Shown piece by piece: positions 11,973 through 18,487 of a DNA stretch of 64,000 nt. The notes below the pieces were generated by a model. It searched no databases. It was not told where the DNA came from and saw only the letters and a list, made by a program, of their open reading frames with translations. Every line of letters begins with the position of its first letter. Positions within the stretch are counted from its first letter, which is position 1. The stretch is from Candidatus Dojkabacteria bacterium (GTDB lineage: Bacteria; Patescibacteriota; Dojkabacteria; GCA-002793355): contig CP129477.1 of assembly GCA_030583825.1 (NCBI GenBank), forward strand, positions 1,024,221-1,088,220, read 5' to 3'. The position numbers and the translations under genes were made by a program.

Positions 11973-12740
11973 TTAACTTTGATTTTTTAGACTTCGCAGA
12001 AGATCCTTCATTTTTGCGGTATGTAGCCAACGAGTCGGTGGTGTTCCTGTAACAGGTGTTCCGTTAAAATTTCCTTTTAACTTTCCAGCAACTGCTAGAT
12101 TAATAGCATACTGCTCTTCACTTAGTGCATTATACGCATCTTTTTGCATTGCAATTATTTGTCCATGACTATTGCTGAAAAATGAGTCAACAATCGTTCC
12201 TAACCTCACCTTTTCAAGCTCGAAAAGTTTATGAAGGTATTTTCGTCCAAATAACTTCTCCAATCCTAAAACACCTGACCACTTTGGCTTACTCGCAGTG
12301 CTTGGAAAAGTGAATATCACTTCGAATCCCATTCTAAAAGGAGAAATATAATCCAGATTGAGAAACTTTTCTTTAATTTGTAAGTCTTTTCCGTACAAAT
12401 TAATATATTCCAACTCTCGTAATACTTTCCAGAACCTGTGCTCAAGCCCCTTTTCTTCATACGCGTAGTAAATATCTTTCCATACAGAGTGTGGTGCAGG
12501 ATTTCCTGCAACAATCAACAAAGAAGGCTTTTCGCTTGCGACCTCGGGAACCCAAGATTTGTGTGGATAGGTAATAATATTTCCTTTTCGAAATAAAACG
12601 TGTTGATTTGTTTCATCGGAAGTATAAAAATCCTCCCATTTTTCGTCAAAACGCTGTAGCTCTGCCGGTGTAGGATATAGCAGATTAAGATCGAGTGTAC
12701 ATTCATAACTTCCTAATCCAATTTTGTGAAAGGATAACAT
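11973..12740 (-). CDS. hypothetical protein (255 aa)
   Basis: I recognise no secure family. A weak VAGNPAPHS stretch is reminiscent of UDG-superfamily motif A but is not convincing. Confidence 0.3.
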   Translation of the reverse strand: MLSFHKIGLGSYECTLDLNLLYPTPAELQRFDEKWEDFYTSDETNQHVLFRKGNIITYPHKSWVPEVASEKPSLLIVAGNPAPHSVWKDIYYAYEEKGLEHRFWKVLRELEYINLYGKDLQIKEKFLNLDYISPFRMGFEVIFTFPSTASKPKWSGVLGLEKLFGRKYLHKLFELEKVRLGTIVDSFFSNSHGQIIAMQKDAYNALSEEQYAINLAVAGKLKGNFNGTPVTGTPPTRWLHTAKMKDLLRSLKNQS

Positions 12741-12751
12741 TTATTATTGTA

Positions 12752-13186
12752 TCACTGCCGAGTTTCAAGGAGTTCAACTGTGGGTAGCAAATATGTAATG
12801 CGAGAATCATTATGAATCAGCCCTTTTATCTCGTTAAGAGTAAACCATTTTACTTCATCTTGGCCATCAAGTGGCTGCGCTTTTCCGGACAAATATTCTG
12901 CTAGAAAAGTTAACGACACGACATGGTGGCCACTACTTCGGATAAAACCGCTTGTTGTCAGAAGCTGTATAGAATCTTTTATTTTTACTCCGGCTTCTTC
13001 CTCAGCTTCTCGGGCTAATGTACTTTCAATAATTCCGTGACCAGTTTCGAAATCAACTTTTCCTCCAATAAAGCTCCATGTCCCTCCTGCCTGATCATCA
13101 TTACTTGCTCGCAATCCGAGTAAATACTTATCTTCCTTTTTAATAATCGCTGAAACTAAAACAACATGTAACGGCATCTCTTCCAT
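12752..13186 (-). CDS. NUDIX hydrolase
   Basis: 144 aa with a canonical Nudix box GGKVDFETGHGIIESTLAREAEEEAGV. Confidence 0.75.
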   Translation of the reverse strand: MEEMPLHVVLVSAIIKKEDKYLLGLRASNDDQAGGTWSFIGGKVDFETGHGIIESTLAREAEEEAGVKIKDSIQLLTTSGFIRSSGHHVVSLTFLAEYLSGKAQPLDGQDEVKWFTLNEIKGLIHNDSRITYLLPTVELLETRQ

Positions 13187-13213
13187 AACTTGTAAGAATA
13201 AATTTATGATAAA

Positions 13214-13223
13214 CCCATATGGG
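13214..13223. promoter_or_regulatory. perfect 10-bp palindrome CCCATATGGG in the divergent NUDIX / wHTH-Nudix intergenic region
   Basis: Read directly from the sequence. It is a candidate operator for the adjacent wHTH protein. Confidence 0.25.
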
Positions 13224-13303
13224 CTTTATTAAACTACTTTTACATTAAGCTATCCCCGATGTGACTGAAGAGGCCTTCGGTAAATAGTACGTTATAATTA
13301 TGA

Positions 13304-13987
13304 ATGCTACACAAGACTCAGTTGCAAATACTCGAATCTCTCTTATTTTTGCAAGAGGCAAGGTTTCAGGAACTAAATATAAAGCAGATGCCTACAGATC
13401 AATTTAATTTTCATATCAAACAACTACGAAAGCTGGGATATATTCAAGTTGAAAACCGCGCGTATTCACTAACTGATCTTGGAAAAGACTTTGCCGGTAG
13501 AATTGATACCAAGTCACACAGGTATACGATACAACCGAAAATTGGTGTTTGTTTATTTGTTTTTCAGAAAATAGGGAATGAAAAGCTTATCCTTTTAGGG
13601 AAACGGCTGAAAGATCAGTCAAAGGGCTTATGGGGGCCGTTTTCAGAGAAAGTTCACATATATGAGCCTATCGAGAACACAATTGTACGATGCCTAACTA
13701 CTGAAACGGGATTAACACCACTCTCGTGGGACTTTGCAGGAGTACACCGTTATATGAGTTCTAGCGTTGACGTTATTTTGCAATGCTTTCTTGTAACTCA
13801 TTATTCGGGGCAACTTCTAAGTGTAACTTCTGAGTCCGAAAACAGCTGGATTCCTCTTAGTAAAATTGGAGAAATGAACACATTTCTTGGGTTAACAGAA
13901 ATATTGGAAAACATAGAAACGTCAGAAAAATTCTTTTTTGAGGTTACATCTCTGGCTCTAGACCAAACGCCAGCGCAAGATCAATAG
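13304..13987 (+). CDS. winged-helix DNA-binding domain fused to a Nudix-fold domain with a degenerate Nudix box (putative ligand-sensing regulator)
   Basis: 227 aa. The N-terminus, QILESLLF...FNFHIKQLRKLGYIQ, looks like a wHTH. The C-terminal Nudix-like stretch GPFSEKVHIYEPIENTIVRCLTTETGL lacks the REx2EE glutamates. It is a clear paralog of 31124..31813. Confidence 0.5.
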   Translation: MLHKTQLQILESLLFLQEARFQELNIKQMPTDQFNFHIKQLRKLGYIQVENRAYSLTDLGKDFAGRIDTKSHRYTIQPKIGVCLFVFQKIGNEKLILLGKRLKDQSKGLWGPFSEKVHIYEPIENTIVRCLTTETGLTPLSWDFAGVHRYMSSSVDVILQCFLVTHYSGQLLSVTSESENSWIPLSKIGEMNTFLGLTEILENIETSEKFFFEVTSLALDQTPAQDQ

Positions 13988-14405
13988 GAAGCTTATAATC
14001 TGCAATCCAGACTCGCCTGTCAAACTTTTCAATTCTAATGCCTTTAGGAAGCTTTTCTGGCTCTGCTAATTCCATAACTGTGACATACTTCTTGTCCTGC
14101 ACTTTCTCAAACATTTCTCGTGCATGAGCTTCGTCTCTTAATCCTACGCGAGGCTGAATTGATAGAAGAAGATCAAGAAGTTCCAGTGTATCTTCTATTT
14201 CATAAGATTTTGCAGAGATTATTTTCACTCTACCCACAACTGGGCCACTAGATTCTTTTATATACATGATATCTCCAGGAGTTACTTTATTGTACGGAGC
14301 AATTCTCTTGTAACTAAGCTTGATATCAACTGTTTTTGTGCCGTCAAAAATCATGTTTATATAATCACGGCTTTTCTTTTTGTTGTATATGGTAAGGTGA
14401 TTCAT
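13944..14405 (-). CDS. ASCH (PUA-like) domain protein
   Basis: 153 aa. IFDGTKTVDIKL...PGDIMYIKE resembles the GxKxxExR / beta-barrel ASCH signature. It overlaps the upstream gene convergently by 44 nt. Confidence 0.45.
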   Translation of the reverse strand: MNHLTIYNKKKSRDYINMIFDGTKTVDIKLSYKRIAPYNKVTPGDIMYIKESSGPVVGRVKIISAKSYEIEDTLELLDLLLSIQPRVGLRDEAHAREMFEKVQDKKYVTVMELAEPEKLPKGIRIEKFDRRVWIADYKLPIDLALAFGLEPEM

Positions 14406-14438
14406 ACTCTCAATCTATTTTACAATACGTCAGTAGAT

Positions 14439-15398
14439 CTATAAACCCAAAGAGAGTCTCTGTTTATTTTTCATTGTTCCCATACCGATTATCCAGCCTT
14501 CTTCTGTAATGCAATCTATTTGCTCTTTATGGGAAAGCCCTTCAGGAACTCCTAACAATGATAAAAGTCCATCCTCCATATCGTTTTTGTGAAGCCAATT
14601 AACTGTCGCACGAACCTGGGCTTGATCTTTTATTATTGAACTGTCTAGTGTGCCTGAAAAAATGCCCGGCCAGATTTCTATATGTAAAATAAGTGGTTGA
14701 TTGCTCGTAACAGGAGCCACGAAGCCTGTTTCAAATGGCCAGATTTGAGAATACTTTTCTAAGAATGGATGGAATCGAAGTTTATGTATAGCAGGAATTC
14801 CTACTAAGGTCTGCCCACCTACACTTGCACTGCCAATAAGTTTCCATACCGGCTGAGCTTTTGACTCTCTCATTTCTGTCCAGCGAAATTTTCGCAAAAT
14901 ATGCCCAGTTCTTGTGTGGTATGGGTATCTAGGACTTTTTGGACTAAGATATTCTAACTTAGTATTAACAGGGCATCCCCATAGCGGGCCATAATTGGTT
15001 GAACCACTCAAGAGGGAGTTTAAATATGCAGCAACTTCAAAACGATTATTGGAATTATCAGGATTATCAATTATTAATTTAGAAAGTTTGTTCCATAGTA
15101 ATCTCCATTTTGGAAACTTACCACGAAGATCAAGTGCATCAATAAACCCTGCTGGAAATCCGAAATCTAAATCATATCCAACTATAATCCTTTCTTTATT
15201 AGTAACAGCTGAACTTAAAAGTGGTAATAAATATTCTATACATTCAAATCTTGTACGAAAATAGCTCTCTTTTTGAATGCCATTTTTATCTTTTTCACCT
15301 ACCCAGATTGCGTCATGCGATGGTTTTGCAGCACTTGGAGCACTTCGCGCGCTCCAATCAACAGCAATATATTTATCAAACAACATTTCTACAGTCAC
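14439..15398 (-). CDS. hypothetical protein (319 aa)
   Basis: No family recognised. The N-terminus, KYIAVDWSARSAP, is faintly RNase-H-fold-like. Confidence 0.3.
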   Translation of the reverse strand: MTVEMLFDKYIAVDWSARSAPSAAKPSHDAIWVGEKDKNGIQKESYFRTRFECIEYLLPLLSSAVTNKERIIVGYDLDFGFPAGFIDALDLRGKFPKWRLLWNKLSKLIIDNPDNSNNRFEVAAYLNSLLSGSTNYGPLWGCPVNTKLEYLSPKSPRYPYHTRTGHILRKFRWTEMRESKAQPVWKLIGSASVGGQTLVGIPAIHKLRFHPFLEKYSQIWPFETGFVAPVTSNQPLILHIEIWPGIFSGTLDSSIIKDQAQVRATVNWLHKNDMEDGLLSLLGVPEGLSHKEQIDCITEEGWIIGMGTMKNKQRLSLGL

Positions 15399-15493
15399 TA
15401 ATAGTTATTAAAGAATGATAATTGAAAAGGTAAGAAAATGATACTGAAATTGATTTCACGAAGAGAATTGTTTACTTTTGAGGAAAATATCTG

Positions 15494-15516
15494 GCGGGGT
15501 TGACGGGGCTCGGTCA
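15494..15516 (-). repeat. degenerate partial copy of the 3' end of tRNA-Asp (19/19-nt identity plus a decayed upstream portion)
   Basis: gcggggttgacggggctcg occurs at 15498-15516 and again at 15672-15690, the latter inside the intact tRNA-Asp. Upstream of the first copy, the sequence resembles the tRNA anticodon/variable region but carries a 3-nt insertion and mismatches, so it cannot fold as a tRNA. Confidence 0.45.
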
Positions 15517-15613
15517 CCTCGCATCCTTACCCTGCCTGATAGGTATGCTCCTCGACCCCATTCCGCTCATTTCGAACAGTAATCGTACTGTTCTCATTCG
15601 GGTTTCTACGCCC

Positions 15614-15670
15614 CCAATAAATAAATTAGGGTCTCTTACCGTCCTTAGCAGAACGACACGAGACCCTAAG
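15614..15670 (-). terminator. intrinsic terminator downstream of tRNA-Asp (minus strand)
   Basis: 10-bp stem ttagggtctc / gagaccctaa with a 24-nt loop, followed on the minus strand by uuuauuuauu. Confidence 0.55.
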
Positions 15671-15745
15671 CGGGGTTGACGGGGCTCGAACCCGCAGCCT
15701 TCCGCGTGACAGGCGGATGCTCTAACCAAATTGAGCTACAACCCC
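15671..15745 (-). tRNA. tRNA-Asp (anticodon GTC)
   Basis: Cloverleaf read by hand from the minus strand: GGGGTTG ta GCTC aatttggtta GAGC a TCCGC cTGTCAc GCGGA aggct GCGGG ttcgagc CCCGT CAACCCC g. No encoded CCA. Confidence 0.85.
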
Positions 15746-15787
15746 AACTTGTGAATTATAACGTAAAATTGTTGAAAGTCAAAATAC

Positions 15788-16468
15788 TTATCCCATCAAA
15801 TGCTTCCTTACATCTATAACAAGACGCTCCTGATCCGGATCTCTTTCTTCACCTACAGGAAAAAGAAATTTAACGAGATTATAGCCCTGCTCACTCTTAT
15901 CTTTACCTTCACGCTTGTCATACCACATAAAAGTTGCATCAAAAACAATAATATGAGGAACTCCTGCTCCAACAATAAAGAAATCAAGATCTAAAAGCTT
16001 TCGTGTTTCATTTTGAAGGCTTCCTATTCTGTGGGCAAAATCTACTCTTTCTTCAAAAGATGGAAGATATGATTGAGGAAGCGTCTGTGAAGTATCCCTA
16101 AACTGTTTATACTGGACACCTCCTGTAGCATACGGCTGAACTATGTGAAAAGATTGTTCACCTTTTTGATCCAATCGGCAAAAAGTACTAGGTAACATGT
16201 ATCTTACACTTTCATCATCCATATATCGCGCAACATTATGATGTGTAGCCTCCTGGTGATCAAAAAATTCATCCAAAGTCGCTCCCATCCCTCTAAACCT
16301 ATTAGTCACATCTGGACGGAGTGTTTTAACAAAAAGAGTTCCCTCTTCCGCAATTAAAAGAGAAGAACTGTACATTGTTCCTTCAATTGGAACAGAAAGT
16401 GGTGTTAACAACTCCCGATCAAACTCTTGTGGCAGAACTATGTCTCTGCTTTTCTCTCTATCAAACAT
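15788..16468 (-). CDS. hypothetical protein (226 aa). Possible degenerate protein-kinase-like fold.
   Basis: HRIGSLQN resembles the kinase catalytic loop HRDxxxxN but lacks the Asp. LDLDFF resembles a DFG region, and TLFVKTL could be the beta-3 lysine. This is speculative. Confidence 0.25.
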   Translation of the reverse strand: MFDREKSRDIVLPQEFDRELLTPLSVPIEGTMYSSSLLIAEEGTLFVKTLRPDVTNRFRGMGATLDEFFDHQEATHHNVARYMDDESVRYMLPSTFCRLDQKGEQSFHIVQPYATGGVQYKQFRDTSQTLPQSYLPSFEERVDFAHRIGSLQNETRKLLDLDFFIVGAGVPHIIVFDATFMWYDKREGKDKSEQGYNLVKFLFPVGEERDPDQERLVIDVRKHLMG

Positions 16469-16554
16469 ATAGAATAATCCCCCTTATTCTATCTAATTAT
16501 ACCAAATTCTACAAAAAACTCCCAATTTATGGTTAAATACGATATAATGTCCGC

Positions 16555-18276
16555 ATGCTTCGGTTAGAATTGCACAATATTAACAAGTTTTATGGTAGCA
16601 GACAGATTCTCAAAGACGTATCTGTCTCACTAGCAGACGAAAGTATCGTTGGGCTTGTAGGAAATAACGGCGCGGGAAAAAGCACCCTTTGTAACCTTAT
16701 TACCGGTAAAGACGATGAATTCACTGGACAGAAAAACTTTCATCCTGGGACAAAAGTCGCATACTTTCAACAGCTTTATGATAGCGCTCCTGAAAGCTCT
16801 GACCAAAATGTATTTGATTATGTACTATCAACGCAAAAAGAAGTATTAGATCTAGAAACGCGTTACCACGAATTACTAAGAGAACTTGAGCAAAATCCAA
16901 CTGATTCTGATCTGTTAGAGACCTTTGGCATAGTGCAGGAAGAATATATGAACAAAGAAGCTTACTCTCTTGTGGAGCGTATTGAAAATACTCTAACAGG
17001 ATTAGGCGTTACAGAACAAGGAGATGGTGAGCGAAATATTTCATGGTACTCTATGATGGCTCAACTATCCGGAGGTGAACGAAAGATTGTCGAGCTTGCA
17101 ACAATTCTTTTGAATGCTGATGCAAACGTGCTTATTTTAGACGAGCCGACAAACCACTTAGATGTTAAAGGTCGCGAGTGGTTAGAAGATTTTGTGAAAC
17201 AGTTCAAAGGCTCGGTAATTATTGTTTCACACGATAGATATCTATTAAACAGAATATGTCAGAATATCTGGGAAATTGAGAATGGTTCCGTCGCAACCTA
17301 TAGAGGAAATTACGACAAATATGAAAAGGACAAAGCTCTAAATCGTGAAACATTGCTAAAAACATACAGATTGCAACAAAAAGAGCTTAATCGGCTTGAA
17401 GAGTTGGTAAAGGAACTTTTTCGCAAAGTGAAAATAGGTGCTGGGCCTGCAATTGTTGCCCAGTATAATGCGACAAAGACCCGTGTCGAGAAATTTAAAG
17501 AAACGATAATTGAAAACCCAATGAAAGACAAACGGGAATTTCATTTTACACTCCCCGCCCCTGCTGAATTTGGGCATACAGCATTAAAAGCAGATTCATT
17601 TTCTTTCAAGTACAATGAGAACAGAGTGTTATTTGACGATACCTCGTTTGTTGTCACAAATGGAGATAGAACTGCGCTACTCGGAAGCAATGGCTCCGGC
17701 AAATCAACACTCATGAAATTAATATTAATGAGATATTGTATTGATAAAGATATTTCGTTTAAAACGTTTGGTATTGAAGAGTTTGCGGAAAAACATATTG
17801 ACCAAGTCAAAATCAGTGGACTATACCTCGGCCCGAGTGTTACCGTCGGATATTATTCGCAAAACCACAGCCAGCTTAACGGATCCCTAACAATTCGAGA
17901 GTTTTTGGCAAACCTCGGAATCCGCGATGAAAAACAAGTGCAAAGTATAGTGCGTCAGTTTCAATTTGATTCCCGCACAATGGAAGAAAAGTATATCAAA
18001 GACCTCAGTGGAGGAGAAAAGAGCAAGTTACAATTTTTATTACTTATGCTCTCAGGTGCGAATGTTTTGCTACTGGATGAGCCAATCAACCACTTAGATA
18101 TTTCTTCAATGAAAGCAGTTGAGTCTGTACTTGCAAGCTTTAAAGGCTCAATTATGGTTATCTCACACGATCGTTATTTCCTGAACCGAATTATTAATAA
18201 AGTTTTTCACATTGAAGACAAGAAGGTAAAGGAATTTTTCGGCAACTATGACGAATTTCTTGAAGCAAAGCATTAG
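16555..18276 (+). CDS. ABC-F family ATPase (EttA/Uup-like translation factor or ribosome-protection type), no TM domain
   Basis: 573 aa with two ABC cassettes (GNNGAGKST / LSGGERK / LILDEPTNHLD and GSNGSGKST / LSGGEKS / LLLDEPINHLD) separated by a charged helical linker. Confidence 0.8.
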   Translation: MLRLELHNINKFYGSRQILKDVSVSLADESIVGLVGNNGAGKSTLCNLITGKDDEFTGQKNFHPGTKVAYFQQLYDSAPESSDQNVFDYVLSTQKEVLDLETRYHELLRELEQNPTDSDLLETFGIVQEEYMNKEAYSLVERIENTLTGLGVTEQGDGERNISWYSMMAQLSGGERKIVELATILLNADANVLILDEPTNHLDVKGREWLEDFVKQFKGSVIIVSHDRYLLNRICQNIWEIENGSVATYRGNYDKYEKDKALNRETLLKTYRLQQKELNRLEELVKELFRKVKIGAGPAIVAQYNATKTRVEKFKETIIENPMKDKREFHFTLPAPAEFGHTALKADSFSFKYNENRVLFDDTSFVVTNGDRTALLGSNGSGKSTLMKLILMRYCIDKDISFKTFGIEEFAEKHIDQVKISGLYLGPSVTVGYYSQNHSQLNGSLTIREFLANLGIRDEKQVQSIVRQFQFDSRTMEEKYIKDLSGGEKSKLQFLLLMLSGANVLLLDEPINHLDISSMKAVESVLASFKGSIMVISHDRYFLNRIINKVFHIEDKKVKEFFGNYDEFLEAKH

Positions 18277-18487
18277 AGATACCGTCCCCTAGCTTGTTCT
18301 TTATTACACCACGCGCGATATACGTTTTTAAAAGATAGGTTTATTGCGGATCTATCGAGAATTATAATATAATGAGAATAATCTAAAATGAGCAACTACT
18401 TCATTGAACAATGTTTTGGCTCAGGTTTCTCAGAATTGAACTTTCACAAAGCATAACTCTCTTTTATTTGGGGCAAATATTTTAGCG

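Noticed and set aside
15514-15729. 71-aa ORF on the minus strand
   Set aside because: It lies entirely across tRNA-Asp, its terminator hairpin and the degenerate tRNA fragment, so it is a non-coding RNA region.
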